Source: Eledone cirrhosa (lineage: Eukaryota). Taken from it: a stretch of 64,000 nucleotides of DNA. The position numbers and the translations under genes are program-made. The notes under the pieces were generated by a model. It saw nothing but the letters and a program-made list of their open reading frames with translations. It was not told where the DNA came from and ran no database searches. Of the stretch, positions 38,811-53,000 are shown one piece after another; within the stretch, counting starts at the first letter, position 1; each line of letters opens with the position of its first letter. The stretch spans positions 75,578,001 through 75,642,000 of the forward strand of contig OZ024740.1 of the NCBI GenBank assembly GCA_964016885.1, in the 5' to 3' direction.

Positions 38811-41109
38811 TTTCAATGATGGGTGCATATATAGTGTTTCAATGATGGGTGCATATATGTGTGTTGCATCTTGGCAGTTAAGATTTTTGCTACAGAAAAA
38901 AAAACCTCTGCAATGCCATATCCTTGTCAAGTCATTCAGTGCAACTGAACTGATCCTTACAAAAAGAAACATCCTGAGAGTGTTTTATATCAAACAACTA
39001 AAATGTGGAGAAATTGGTAAGCAAAAGCTAAAAACAGTCCTGGCTACAGTGAGAATGTTTCCAGATTGTTCTGTCCACTTTATTTTAATATTCTGCAGAA
39101 AGCCAATTTATGCTTCAGTCACTCACCCCAAGACACTGAGTTTCTGTCTTGTATATTGATTGATTAAAATATATAACATAATTAATTCATTCCACTTGTC
39201 TCACAGACAGTTTCCATCTCATTCACCCATTCACTCACTACACATTTAAATAAGGACATCCCTATATGATGGTTAAATCTATCTGATAACATTTTTATTT
39301 TGTTATTTTTTATGAATTTGAATTGAACACTTTTTGTTTTATTTATTTGATATATTTTATTTAATCTTTTTTCTGGAAGCTGTATGAAATATTCTTTGAT
39401 ATGTGAAGATGTATTTTGTAAAGCAGTGGAATATTAGGAACTTTCTAGAAATGTCTTGAAACACTGTCAGTGTGTATAAAGAATAGAAATAGAATAGTGA
39501 TATGGTCTGTACTGTTGTTTATTTGTTCTTATGTCAGAAATTATTATCATCATTAATTATGACTCATTATTTTCAGAGTTCAAATCTTGCCGAGGTCAAC
39601 TTTGCCTTTCATCCTTCCAGGGTTGATAAAATAAAGTACCAGTCAAGTACTGGGGTTTGAGTAATCGACTTTCCCATCTCTCAAAATTGGTTTTGTGCCT
39701 ATATTAGAAACAGTTATTGTCTTCATTTAATGTCTTGCGCTTACGAAATAGCTATAGTTTTAAACTAGTTTTTTTCAAGCGTCAGGCGTTTTTTAAAGGA
39801 AACAGACTCAGTTGAACATCTTGGTCAGCAAAAAAACCCAACTAACAAGAATATGTGCTGACTTAATAAAATCATTCATGTTCTTCCTCTTCTTAGTGTT
39901 TAATAAAATGGAGAGAGGATATTTTCTGCTCAATTATGTTTCATTATTTAACTGGTCAGAAAGAGGGGATCATAAACCATTATTGTTCAAAGAACACAAA
40001 AAGATGTTACATATTCTCTTCACTTACATGCTGGTGACTTCAATGATATCTCAAAGTTATACCTTTTTTCTGTGATTCTTTTTTAAGAAAGTCAGACCTG
40101 GAATCAATAAATGATCTATAACTTTGTGTTGTTTCTCCTCGTTTATCTTCTAATCTTAGTTTTGAAACTACCTAAATCTCTGTCTCCATTCCAAAATGAT
40201 ATGGCAACCAACCAAAAGAATCCTGATTGCTATATTATGCCTGCTCTGCATCATAATCTTACATTTAAATGAAGCAATACATTCTACCTAAATTCACAAA
40301 TACCGGTTATCCATAAATATTCATTATTTACTCTGAAGAAAAAGAGTTGACTTCCATCTTTGTTTTAACATATATGACTACATAACAATCTATCATATAA
40401 AAACGGGATACAACAGATACAACATTAATGTTATTTAACCATCATCCAAGTTACATTTTACCAATACATCACGGAAGATTCATAAACTTGTTTATATGAC
40501 TTTCATCTGAACTGCCATGCCAACTGATTTCAATGTTTGCCAAAGAAATAATAAACAAGTCCACACTATAACCTGTAACTTGTTAATTTTTTATTCATTT
40601 ACTTTGAGACAAGATGGCCATGACATGATTATAGGTTTCTTTTGTTGTTGTTTCTGTTTAGTCAGAGAAGGAAAGGCAGTGTTCATGACACTTTTCAGAG
40701 CCTCCAAGATTTGTAAAAGGAAGGAAGAAAAGCATATTTCTCTTATTAACAGATGCACATTCTCTTTTGTAGTGTAATTACTATCTAAACGAAGTAGATT
40801 CAGATAAGCAGAGTAATATATTTTCTTTTGAGATAATGCCTCTAACGGGTATTAAAATTGTAACCTATTTAAATCATATACAGACAAGGCTAGGTGGTTA
40901 AGATTTTCACTTTGCAACCTTATAGTTTTGGTTTTGATCCTACTGTATGGCATTTTGGGGGAAGTATCTTCTACTATATCCTTAGGTTGACCTGTGCCTT
41001 ATCAGTGAAATTTGTTTGTTTTTAAAACCAATTCAGTCAAAAGAAAATAAGTTGATTGAGCCTTTCATATTTCCAAGAGTTGATAAAATAAGTCAATTTT
41101 TTTTATAGG

Positions 41110-41280
41110 ATGGTACTCCTGCCTATATTAGGATATCTTGGTTTGGTATTCCAGACTATGTTAGGATATCTTGCAATGGTACTCCTGCCTGTATTAGGAT
41201 ATTTTGAGATCGTACTCCTGGCTATATTAGACCATCTTGGTATGGTACTTCTGCCTATATTAGGATATCTTGGGATGGTA
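41110..41280. repeat. 33-bp minisatellite, 5.2 copies
   Basis: Unit atggtactcctgcctatattaggatatcttggN, no indels between copies. Confidence 0.9.
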
Positions 41281-41503
41281 TGAATGATGGAAGGCAGGAG
41301 GCTGAATTAAATGCAAGAATTGCATGGGCTGCTGCATTAAGAAAGGCATACACAACTCGTATTTCTGTTCATCCTTCTTCCAAAGAACCCAAATATATCT
41401 CTTTAGATACAGAAACATTTATTCAGTGAAGATTTTAAAATGATTTTTATTTTTAATAGAAAAATAATTAAAAACAAAACATGTGGGGGGGGGGGGGGGG
41501 ACT

Positions 41504-41613
41504 TTAATCTGTTTCTTGTGCTGGACCGTCGGTTTCTTCCTGATCTTCAGTTTCATTCTCCTCCTGGGTGACTAATGCATTATCACTTGGTGCAACAATA
41601 GCATCTGTTTCAG
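41504..41613 (-). CDS. RSPH1: RSPH1 last exon
   Basis: ttgtag acceptor in phase 1; (A)ETDAIVAPSDNALVTQEENETEDQEETDGPAQETD*; AATAAA on the minus strand near 41420. Confidence 0.75.
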
Positions 41614-42299
41614 CTACAAAAGAAAGCAGTATTTGATTGATGGTATAAAATCTCATTTTAAATTGTTCATATTTATATTAAAACTTTCCCTTATAATTTT
41701 ACATAAGAACGTTTGTTAGTTTATGCTCCAAACACCAACCTGGTAATAAGAAAGCTAGTTATTTTACTCGATTGCTCAAAGTTTTTGGTTATTTTCAAAA
41801 TTATTTGAAACCCACAATATGGTAACAAAGATTCAACATTTTATGTCCTTTTTGAGATGTCAGTCAGAGACAAAATGGATCGTATGTTCCATATTTGGCA
41901 TGGCTTCTATGGTTGGATGCCTTTCCTTACAAGGTATACTGGGTACCATTTTATTATGGCACCAGCACGACCACTTTACAGTATATTGGGTGCATTTCAT
42001 CATGGCACCAGCACGACCACTTTACAGAGTATATTAGGTGCATTTCATCATGGCACCAGCACTAGAAAGATTGTCATAAGTTTGGCCTGGCTGAAGAGCC
42101 CTCGACCCTATATTGTTTTGGTTTGATTACCAACTGTATTACAGAGTGTACTGAGTACATTCTATCATGACAACAACACTAGCAGGATTATCAAGTATTT
42201 GACGGTCTAGGTCAGTTCAAGCACCATTTAGTGTAGAGGTGGGGTTACAAAACGTATATTCTATTTTGTCCACTGCTGGTTGAAGGACTTTTTTACTTT

Positions 42300-42770
42300 A
42301 GTGTCTCAGTACTTGTACTGGTGGACAGATCTTTTGTCTTATGGCATATTATCGGTCATCTTCATGAGATAGTTTCTTGAGGTCACTCTTCACAACTTCA
42401 TCCCATGTCTTCCTTAGCTTCCCTCTGCTATAGGTTCTATTTACTTCAAGACCTTGGCACATCTTTATACAACCTTCACTTTCCTTATGCACTGTATGCC
42501 CATACCAGCACAATCGTCTTTTGAATACAACATTCAATTCCTCCTGTATTCAGTTTTTCTCTCTACTCACTTGTGCCGTCATTCATGTATGCTAACATTA
42601 CACATCCAATGGAACATGCAGGGTTCATTTCTTTTTAGCTACTGCAAACATTCTTCAAATAAAGCCTACATTTCATAGCCATGTAGTACAGTATTTCAAA
42701 CACAAGCATCATATAACCACCCTTCACACTGAGAAAAAAGCCTTTTGTTGCCAGCAGAGGCAACAGATCT
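42300..42770 (-). mobile_element. Decayed RTE LINE fragment (similar remnants at 19285-19450, 21540-22165, 34380-34900)
   Basis: RRLCWYGH...GKLRKTWDEVVKSDL. Confidence 0.7.
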
Positions 42771-44481
42771 CTACCAAATATCACAAGTCAAGGCTGTGTG
42801 TTAAAGAAGTTTGTGTCTATGCATGTCTTCACATTGACACTGCTTTGAAGCCAGTGATATTTGATCACATCCCGCAGCTGAGCATTTTGATGTGTGAAGA
42901 TCAGTGAAATAGGTTGGCACCAGGTGTACCCAACTATAAAATACTGCCTTACAAAATTCTTATCTTAGCCTTGTTAGCATAGAAAAGCAAATGTAAAAAC
43001 AACAATGATGATGATAGATGAACAAATAGATTCTTTTCAAAAGAAAACTACTTCAACAAGTTTGACAGTGATCTCATTATCATGGTTGGTGATTTAAAAG
43101 CACATATTGAGCATGCCATGATACTTCTTTGGCACACATGGAGGCTATGGTTACGGTACAAGGAATGAGAAGAGATCAGAGCTCCTGGAGTTATGTGACA
43201 CAATCTAACTATAAACAACACTAACTTCAAAAGACTGGCTAGCTACCTGATCATACACCACTCAGGTGAAGAAACTTTATACTCATGTGGAAACAGAGCA
43301 GAGATAATTGTGTATTACTTTGGTGAAGAATATATCACCCAACATATATTAGTGATGAGTGACCTCTGAGTAAAAGACAATTAGGAGAAAGTCATGGAAA
43401 ATGAAAGAGCTATCAACTAGCTGCAGGGGGGAACATGAACATAGAGCTTAGGGAGCAACTGGGATTTCCAATAAGACAACTTTCTGATTCTAGGTGTATT
43501 TGTCTAAAACACAATTCATCTAAATTCCCATTGTTTTTTTGTTTTTTTTATATTTTCACTAAAAAAATTATAAATATAGTTATCTAAAGAAACAAAGGTA
43601 TTATTATCATTGTTATCATCATCATCATCATCATGTCCAGATGGGTCGTTCATACCGAGAGACAAGTCTGGCCAGGATTGGATTGCTCTGACAGGACTAA
43701 ATTTGGCCAGAGTTTTTGCAGTTGGATGCTCTTCTTAACACCAACCACTTTTACAAACAAATATTAAAAGTAACAAAGGTACACAAGTAACAGTCGGTTA
43801 AACTATATCAAGGGTAAATTGAGATTCTTTCAGCAGCTGTGCTACGTCAGTCTGTGTTAAACGTTTACCATGGTAAGTTGTCGGGTCAATGAAGTTGTTA
43901 GTAATATTGAGTGTTTTGTTTTCTGTTGAAAATTTAGTAACCCATGATGTATCTCCAATTTATTAATTCAGAGAAAGGTCACAAAATATTGATTGATAAT
44001 GGTTACATATTTTATAAGGGTCAAAATGGTAATAGTGTTTATTGGAAGTGTGATAAATATAAAACGAAGTACCTTGCTCACATAACTACTGTTAGATGAA
44101 TTCACCAGATCTGAGGCAGGTACATGATCCTAGCCAAACAGGTGAAATAGATTCTAAAAACTAATCAGTCAGATGACTTTCTTTTTAAATGTAGTGTCTA
44201 ACTACAAACACAAGTATAAGCTAGTGAACATTCATTCTGGAATGGGTTGGACAGGTTGTCTCAGGAATTACTGCCCTCATAGATGGGGTGTGAGCTAGTC
44301 CATGGTCTAGAGAACCAAGTGAGGAGACCATAAATATCTGGCACCATCACCCGACAACCTTCAAAAAAAGAAAAAACCTTTCAGCTCCCTCAAATTTTGA
44401 GACAATCTCCTATTCCATGAGGGCCTTGAAAGCTGTCATGCAAAGTTTTGTTTGGTGACTTTGACAGCAAATAATTCTTAC

Positions 44482-44710
44482 CTTCAGTACTTTCAGAGTT
44501 TTCGTCTCCTTTCTCAACATCGTCATCTCTCTCAGCTTCTTGTTCTTCTTCCACTTCTTCTACATCTTTAGCTGATATTTCTTCAATATTATCCAAAGTC
44601 ACTTCCTGGTCACTAGACTTCAGGTGTAACTCTGTGGTTGGTCCAGCAATCCAAACAGGGATCAACACCTGAGCTATTTCTTCTTCTTCATATGTACTTG
44701 CATCTTGTTC
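44482..44710 (-). CDS. RSPH1: RSPH1 penultimate exon (acidic tail)
   Basis: attag|GAA; EQDASTYEEEEIAQVLIPVWIAGPTTEL resembles human [22 protein letters not shown]; donor gtaaga, phase 1. Confidence 0.8.
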
Positions 44711-44746
44711 CTAATAACAATAAAAAGCAAAGAAAAACAGGTTTAA

Positions 44747-45507
44747 CCCTTTTGACACCAAACTGCCCCAAAATTGTCCCTGTTTTTACAATACAAATCA
44801 GTTTATTTTAAACAACCGTATATGCCAGCGTACAAGTCGACATTTGGAGCCTAAAAATATCTCTCCAAAATCAGGAGTCGAGTTGTCCGCCGAATATAAA
44901 ATGTGAACCTTTACCACTGAGGGGTAAACAGTAAAACTGCCTGCTTAACACTCGTACTCGACTTATCATAACTCTAGCAGCCCACCACAATTATTTCCTA
45001 CTGAATCTCATATTTGTTAAGTCTATTTAACGTAGAAATTATAATAATATCAATAACTTGCCATAGCTCATAGAGTAGGTTAGCATAGGCTCATTAAGAT
45101 TAGGCTAGGCTGGTTTATCCAGTGAGTTAGAACTCACTTATGACTGAAGTGTCTTAGCCTTTAGTCTGGCAAAAAATTTTTGAATTATTTCCCCCTGCAA
45201 CTGCCTTATTTTGGGGGGGGGGTCATCTTATCCTTCCAATATAGGCCTAAAGCTGAATTACACCTCAGAATTTTAGGGGTTGACCTATGAACCAGATCGA
45301 CTTGTACGCCGGCATATACAGTATTTATATTTACCTAAAATTCTTCATAATTTAATGTAAGAACAATTCTTAATTTATGCTCAAAACACTACCTTAATAA
45401 TGAGATAGTCAGTTGTATTACTAAATTTCTCCAAATTCTTGATTATTTTCAAAAATATTTGAAACACATAGGTAGTATATTTTATTAAAAATATGATAAT
45501 GAAAAGG
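44747..45507. mobile_element. piggyBac-like MITE related to 22480-22913
   Basis: TTAA|CCCTTTTGA ... GAAAAGG|TTAA, with similar subterminal sequence. Confidence 0.6.
44816..45321. mobile_element. Tc2/pogo-like MITE nested in the piggyBac-like MITE
   Basis: 25-bp TIRs ccgtatatgccagcgtacaagtcga / tcgacttgtacgccggcatatacag; TA on the right side. Confidence 0.75.
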
Positions 45508-45547
45508 TTAAGATAGTCAATAGGTACTGTTGGTATATGTGTGTATG

Positions 45548-46330
45548 TGTTGTTTAGCCACAGGTCAGTACTCATCCTGCAGACCTAAGATCAAAGATGT
45601 TCTAATTCTGGCCATACCATCATTTTTTCAGACATAATGTATCTAGGACTACATATGTATATGTGTGTGAGGGAAAGGATGTGTGTGTTGTTGTTTAGCC
45701 CTAGGTCAGTCTTGTACCAATAGACCTATGAGCAAAGATGTTCTAATCATGATCATACCATCATTTTTTAGATGTTGTGTATCTAAGACAACATGTATGT
45801 GTGTGTGCATTGTATGTATGTATATATAAAAGTATGTATATATGTATGTATGATTGCATGTACATATGTATGTATGAATCTATGGTGTTGTCAGGTTATA
45901 GCCAATAAAGCTTTAATCAGATATATTCTGTCAGTGACCACCCTGTCATTTTTTCTGACATAGTATATCTAAGTCTACATACATATGCATATGTATGTCT
46001 TTGTGTGTATTGTTGTGGTTAAGCCCCAGGTCAGTCATATGATCAAAGATGCTTTAGCCATGACTATTACTTCTTATTTTTTCCAGGCAGTATATCCATG
46101 ACTAAATGTGAGCCCATGTGTTGTTGCTATTTAGCTCCAAGTCCTAATCAAGTGGTCCTGAGTTGAAAGATGTTCTAGCATTTGTTTTTTTTTTTTCAGA
46201 CATAAGCGATCTGTACACATGTGTGTGTCTGTGCTTCTTGGATATATGCTGGAGGATCTACATAAAAAAAAACTATTTAGTGAGAGGACTGTTTTTTTTT
46301 TCAGACATGGTGATCTGTAAACGTGTGTGT
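45548..46330 (+). repeat. Tandem array of 5-6 diverged ~130-200-bp SINE-like units
   Basis: Recurrent gttgtttagcc..aggtcag...atcaaagatgttcta...ttttcagacat...atcta; dispersed relatives at about 27930-28120 and 47330-47690. Confidence 0.65.
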
Positions 46331-48005
46331 ATGTGTGCTTATTGGGTATATGCAGAAGGATATACACTTTTAAATAAAAACTATTTTGTGAGTGGATGGC
46401 AGAATCAGTAAAGTACTGGACAAAAATCAGTTACAGTCATTAGTTACCTCCCTTTTCATTCTGAATTCACATACCACCCAAATTAACTTAGCCTTCCCTT
46501 ATTCGAGAGGTTAATAAAATAAGTACCAGCCAAGTATTGAAGCCAATTCCTTTTTCAGAATTCTAGGAATTCCTATTTAATTGTAGGAAATTCAGTATCC
46601 ATCTTTGTAGGCTCATCCAGATTGTAGGTTGTTATTGTTTAATCAATGGGCTAGCTCTGATTCAACAGTCAGGATCAAAGATGTTGTGCTCATATCCTCT
46701 TTTTCCAAGCAACAGTGCATTTAGGTAACAGACTTAATCTGTCATCTGATTTAACACTGGTCTGTCAGTGTCTTAAATGGAGTCCACTCGGTTGCAAGCA
46801 TTCTGGAATTTCTGGCTTAAGACTATCTTCCTCCTTTACACAAATCTTGGAAGCCCTGAAAAGTGCCATGGACATAACTGAACCATAAAAATATAAAAGG
46901 TTCATACTATCCAATGCATTTAAAAAAAACAATAAGACATGATTTTAAAGAGATTTAATTGCTATTTCTAGCAGGTTAAGCAACTGCGTAAAAACTTTGG
47001 TTGATGCATGTAGAGAAATTGTGAGAAAGGAAATTGCTGCTGGATGTTGTTGTTTTGAAGATAAAGAATTAGTCAAATTGTTTAGTGTCGGCTTCAAGGA
47101 GTGAGAGGACAAAGTAGGGATGCCAAAAGGAAGAGAGACAGAGGTATATTTGATGGTTGAGGTAGGAGAGAGTATATAAGAAGGTTGTTAGTAAAAAGCA
47201 GATGCTGTTATAGTAGCAGTACACAGAACAGTGAGAGAATACAGTCTATCTGTGGGCTAGAGGTTGTAGTAGGATAATTATTAATAGCAAGTCTGTTGAG
47301 AAAGGGGCTTTTGGGCCTTGATGTTATCGGTTAGCCAATGGTAGATCCTGGAGAAGCAGACTTATGACCAAAAGCATTCCAACTGTGAATATCTCATCTT
47401 ATCTCAGACATGTCTTGGACAGCATTATCCATCGTGTTCTTTTTTTAAGATAGTAAGGTATAGTTTGAGAGTGACATGGCTGCTATTTCTAGCAGATTGA
47501 GGGATCATGTAAAGGCTTCTTTGTTAATTCATATTTGCTGACATTGTTTACCCACAGGCTAGCTCTAATCAAGCAGACATATGATCAAAGACGTTCCTAC
47601 TGTGACCATCATGTCCAGTTGCCAGAGTGTATCAAGAATTACATAATCCAATGTGACGTGAGGAGATTTAGACTGCTATTTATCGCAGATTAAGGTGATA
47701 GTGGTAGTACTGATATTGTTGGTAATGGTGGATTCATTGCATCGTTGTTACCATTGTGATATTGTTCGCAGTGGTTGTAGTGGTGATGATGGTCGTGGAA
47801 TATTATATAAGTAGCTAGTTCAGAAGAGCAGAAGATGTAGTAGTGACAGAAAAGATAGAGTGAGGAGACACAGAGTTTTTGTTCGCCAGAAGTTATAGTT
47901 TTTTAAATGGCCTTCTTTTAGAAGGATGTGTGTAGCATCAGCACAGTCCCAGTGGGTCTAACTTGAACTTTTTAAAAAGTCAACAACTGATCAGACTCTA
48001 AAGTA

Positions 48006-49252
48006 TGAGGTGGTATCAAAAAGTTCCAGGACTAGGTATGTTTAAAAAAACTAATACATTTACCTAAGTTTTAACATCATCTGCTTCGAAATAGTCACCT
48101 TGCACAGCAATACACTGGTCCCAGCATTCCTGCCACTTTTGGAATCCGTCCAGGAAGTCATTTTCCGTAAGAGTAGAGGACCTTCTGAAATTCACTCTGG
48201 ATCTCAGCAATGGTATTAAAATGGTGACCTTTGAGCTGAATTTTCAGCTTGGAGAATAAACGGAAGTCCGCAGGTGCTAAATCTGGTAAATAGGGCAGGT
48301 ACGGAAGTGATACAATGTTGTTTTGGGTAAGAAACTCACGAGTGAGGAGAGCTTGGTGACAGGGTGCATTGTTGTCATGGAGAATCCGATTCTTCACGCT
48401 CCACAGATCCGGCCGCTTTCACCGAACGTCCTCCCTCAAATACCTCAAAATGTTGCAGTAGAACTCTCGATTGACAGTCTGATACTGGAGGACGAATTTT
48501 CATTCTCGATGCACAATACCGTAGATGTTAAAAAAAATGATGAGCATGCTCTTAATTGAGGTGTCATGACTTCTTCAGTCATGTAGATGAAGGACTTTTC
48601 CACTGTGTCGACTGTTGCTTCAGCTTAGGGTCGTACCTGTAGACCCAACTCTCGTCACCAGAGATGATCTTCAACATGAAGGATGGGTCATCAGCGGCAT
48701 GCTGATGGAGATCTTGACAGACTTTGAGGCGATGTTTTTTCTGCTCAGTGGTCAACAGGTGGGGGACAAACTTGGCAGTGACACACCGCATGTTCAATTC
48801 AGACGTTAGGATTGCACGAACCCATACAACAGACCAACAACATCAGCAATATCATTGATTGTCCTCCGATGATCCTCATGCACAAGCTGATTAATTTTCT
48901 CTACATTTCCAGAGGTGAGGGTCGTAGCAAGTCTTCCAGATCGCTTGTCATCTTCCAAGGATGTAAGCTTGCCAAAGCATGCTCAATGTCTTTGTAGCAG
49001 ACTTCCTAAGTTGAACGCAAAATTTCATATTGGCTCTTTGTTCCAACTTCCTGTCCATGACAAAATCGCAGGTTACAGCATACTTGTGATCACAGAAACA
49101 CTAAATTTCACAACTTGCAAAGTAAACACAGCGGTGTCACTCGGCACACTGGTGCATGAAGGTCACTACTAACTCTTACTCTGCATGCAATCGTGTTTGC
49201 CATCTATTGGTGTGCTACAGAACTAGTACAGAAACGTTTTGATACCACCTAG
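48006..49252 (-). mobile_element. Full-length defective mariner transposon
   Basis: About 30-bp TIRs (..AGGTGGTATCAAAA..), TA on both sides, 1.25 kb; transposase remnants KFVPHLL, SGDESWVY, LHDNNAPCH, PYLPDLAPADF across frameshifts. Confidence 0.93.
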
Positions 49253-49905
49253 TATTTCCTGGGCTTGCAGATAAAACCCTAGTCTTTGCGATACAGTTTT
49301 AAATATCAGTAAGAGGGTCGGACGCCATGCTTTGCAGTATAGAGTTATGCCCCTTTACGGTCTAAGTTCAAATCCCAAGGAGGTTAATTTTGCCTTTCAT
49401 CCTTACAGGGTTGATAAAATAAAGGCAATAATTGCTGGACTTGTGCCAAAAGTAGAAACAATTATTATATGTGGGGAGCAAAGGCAAATTTTCTAGTGGT
49501 TAGCATGTTGGTCTTGTGATCATAAGGTTGTGGTTTCAATTCCCAGACCAGGTATCATGTTGTGTCCTTGAGCAAGACACTTCATTTCATGTTATTCAAA
49601 TTCACTTAGCTGAAAATGAGAGCCAGTAGAAGCTGGAGACTAACCTTGTGGTGAGTTGACATCAAGCATGATTGTAGAAATGATAACTCTCTCCCTCCCT
49701 CTCTCTATCTCTCTCTTGTGTGTGTGGGATGCCACAAAAAAATCTATTAAACACATCTAATTATACAGGACAAACCAACCTATGCTAGCAGGGAACAGAA
49801 TAAAAGAAAATGGTAAAAACAAATAGCAAATACTAATATATACACATTAATATCTAAAACCATAAATATTCAGTCTGAATGTAAGAAATATTTTTTAAAT
49901 TGTAC

Positions 49906-49977
49906 CTTTCTCACTTGTATATAGGTGCCCTGCTGTTCACAGCCTATATCAAACACATACTTGCCGATACCATCAGG
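49906..49977 (-). CDS. RSPH1: Radial spoke head 1 homolog, internal exon (upstream exons not found in the window)
   Basis: ttgcag|CCT; PDGIGKYVFDIGCEQQGTYIQVRK resembles human PVGPGKYVFDVGCEQHGEY; donor AAG|gtacaa, with an alternative in-phase donor CAA|gtgaga at 49915. Confidence 0.85.
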
Positions 49978-50056
49978 CTGCAAATGCAAAATATTATTAA
50001 TCATTATGAAAAGAAATAATAATAATAATAATAATAATAATATTAATAATAATAAT

Positions 50057-53000
50057 GCTTTCTTTATTAACCACAAGGGTTTACATAAAGTAGACATAAA
50101 CAGACGATGTAATAAAAAATAACAATGAAAAATTCCCCAATAGGGGAGAGACTTTCCGAGTGACATTTGTGGAGAAAGCCCATTAAAAGGCCACAGTGAC
50201 CCTGACCACCAGGGCAAGTGCCCTCTCCCAGTTTTCCACCTTTAATTTACAGACACATACTCAGAGTAGGCCCATTCACTCGGGCCATACTTGCTTCTCT
50301 CACCCATCTTTCAACAAAATGCTGGGAAGAGAGCACTTCCCTCACTACCCTGATTTTCCTTTTCAAATGAAATTTGAAAAAGTTAATCAGGGCATCACCG
50401 AAGAGGTAAGTGCGCGTCTTCAGCCCTTTCAAACGTCTCCACCATACTATCTCTTTTGCCATGGCTACCAGACAGATAAAAACTGCCTGCCCTTCCCGGC
50501 TAAAGGAAGAGGGCAGAGCAATCCTCACGATGGACTCAGCTGATAGCTGGATCCGTCCCACACGTGACAGCAGGTGTTCGACATAAACCCACAAGTCAGC
50601 AATGCTCGGACACTGGACGAGTGCGTGCAGGACGGTATCGTCGCCCTGCGCGCATCTCGGACATGCCCGGCTGACGGCACCTCCAGGCCTGTAGAGTTTA
50701 TCCCGAACTGGCAAAGCTCCTCGGTAGCACTGCCAGGCCAGGGATTTCTGGAAGTTGTCCATAGGCCCCGGCCCGAAAGTCCTTCCGAAGAGATTGGCTA
50801 GTTGATTTTCGTCGACGCCTAGAGTTTCTCCAAGTACGTCGTTGCTCTTCCCCTCCACTAATCCTCTATAGAACGCCAAGGTGGAGTTTCCACCGATCAC
50901 ATTGCCCGATTGGTCAAGGGCTGTGAGCGCCTGAAGACATTCCAGTCTCCAAGCGCTCCCTCTCGGTCTTCGCTTGACCCAGGACTGCAGCTCCGTCAAG
51001 GAGACGAGCTGGGGAAAGACGTGTCTAGCAAACGGCGACCACACATGATCACCGTCGAGGAAGAGGTGGAGATGTCGCAGCCTGAGCGCGTGTCTGCGCA
51101 TCATCAGCCACGGCATGCCCAGCCCTCCACGTAGCGGGTGTTGACAGCAGATGAACCGCCTCACCATCGGAGCGCGTCCCTTCCACAAAAATCGAAAGAG
51201 CAAACGCTCCAGCGCAGTCAGGCGGGGCTTAGGACAAGGTACAACGGTCAGGCGGTAGTAGATGACAGACGCGATATACGCGCTAGCCACCTCCGCTCGA
51301 CCTTTCTGGGATAGCTTCCTCTCCGTCTATTTCTGGGTGAGAGAAGCCACCCTGCTCGTCACCTCGTCCCAGTTTTTGTCCGTCTGGAGGTCCGGACCGA
51401 ACCAGACCCCTAGCAATTTAACCGGTCCGTCCGTCCAGCACCCGACAACGCTGTTGGACGGCATGGACCTGCCTCTCCAGGTGCCGAGCTGCAGGCCCAC
51501 TGACTTTTCCTTGTTGATCATTGCTCCTGTCACCACTTCGTATTCTCTTAGTGTAGTGTCAATCGCCTCGATGTGTTTGGCGTTCGACACCACTACGGTG
51601 ACATCGTCCGCATATGCTGACATGGATCTTCCGCATCCTAGTTCGTGCAGGACGCCCCTCAACGTCTCTAGTTTGTGCAGTAATGGCTCGAGAGTCAATA
51701 CGTACAGGAGGGACGAGAGGGGACATCCTTGGTGGGCCGAGCGCATGATGTTGAACGGTTCTGAAAGGTGACCGTTCACTCTCACCACAGAGCAGATGTC
51801 GCTGTGCATGGCAGCGATCCAGCCTCTGAAGACTGCCGCTAAGTAACGATGGTCGACCCTATCGAAAGTTTTCGACTGATCTAAATTTATCAAAGACCCA
51901 CTCATGCCAGGTTCCCTAGCCACCCTCTCTACGATGTATCGCATGAGGTGGAAGTTGTCGTGGATGGATCTGTCGGGAATGGCGCATGTCTGCGCCTCTC
52001 CCACCAGACCACCAACAACAAGCGCCAACCTCTTTGCTAGCACCATGGCCAAAATCTTGAACTCTATGTTTAGCAGAGTTATGGGCCTGAAATTATCTAT
52101 GTTATCCCCCTTGTTCAGATCCTTTCTCAGCAGCGCCACCGCTCCTCGGCTCACAGAGCTGGGAATTCTCCCATTCTGTTGCCAGTTGCAGTAGACGTCC
52201 GCCAAGAGGCCTCCAAACAAGTCTGGCATCTGTACGTAAAGTTCATAGGGCAGAAATCCAAACCAGGCAATTTACCCCTTGTGCAGCCAGTCATTGCCTC
52301 CCGTACTTCAGCGGCTGTTATCGGCTTTTCGCAACACTCCGCCACAGTGGCCGAGAGCCGCGGCAGTCCGTCGAAGTAGACACTAAAGTCCATCCCTCGA
52401 TCCGGCCCGCCGCTGCCCCTGAACAGTTGAGCGAAGTGTCACTGAAAAGCTTCACACATTTGCCCGGGATCGAGTAGCATGCACCCGTCATGGTCCACCA
52501 AAGACCGGATCGTGGCTTTGTTGCCACGAAGCGCCTCCGCCACTCGGGCCCATTGAACGGCTTTCGTCCCCTCGTGTCTGAGAGCACGCACCCTAGCTCT
52601 GACAACGCAGCCTTCGTGCTTTGCATTGAAGAATTGGTCAAGGGCCAAATTCGCCGCAAGTACGTCGGTCGCGATGCCTTTGCTAAGCGCCTCGTCTAAT
52701 TTTCTAACTAGTTTTCCCTCTGCTCTATTTTTCTCTATAGCTAAAGCCTTACTAAACCTAATGGACTCTATTCTAATCGCTCTTTTCAGAGCAAACCACC
52801 ACTTGTTGATGATGGCCCCCGTCAACACTCGCTTAACTAGTTCGTTAATCCGGTCTCTGTAGGCCTTGCGCGCTGGTAAGGACGCGTTTAGCTTCCAGTA
52901 GCCGGGTCCTCGTCTATGAAGCCTATCTAAGTCAAGCACACAGATCACGAATTTGTGGTCCGTGTAGCTGACTATCTTGAATTGTGGACAGCTTATGCTA

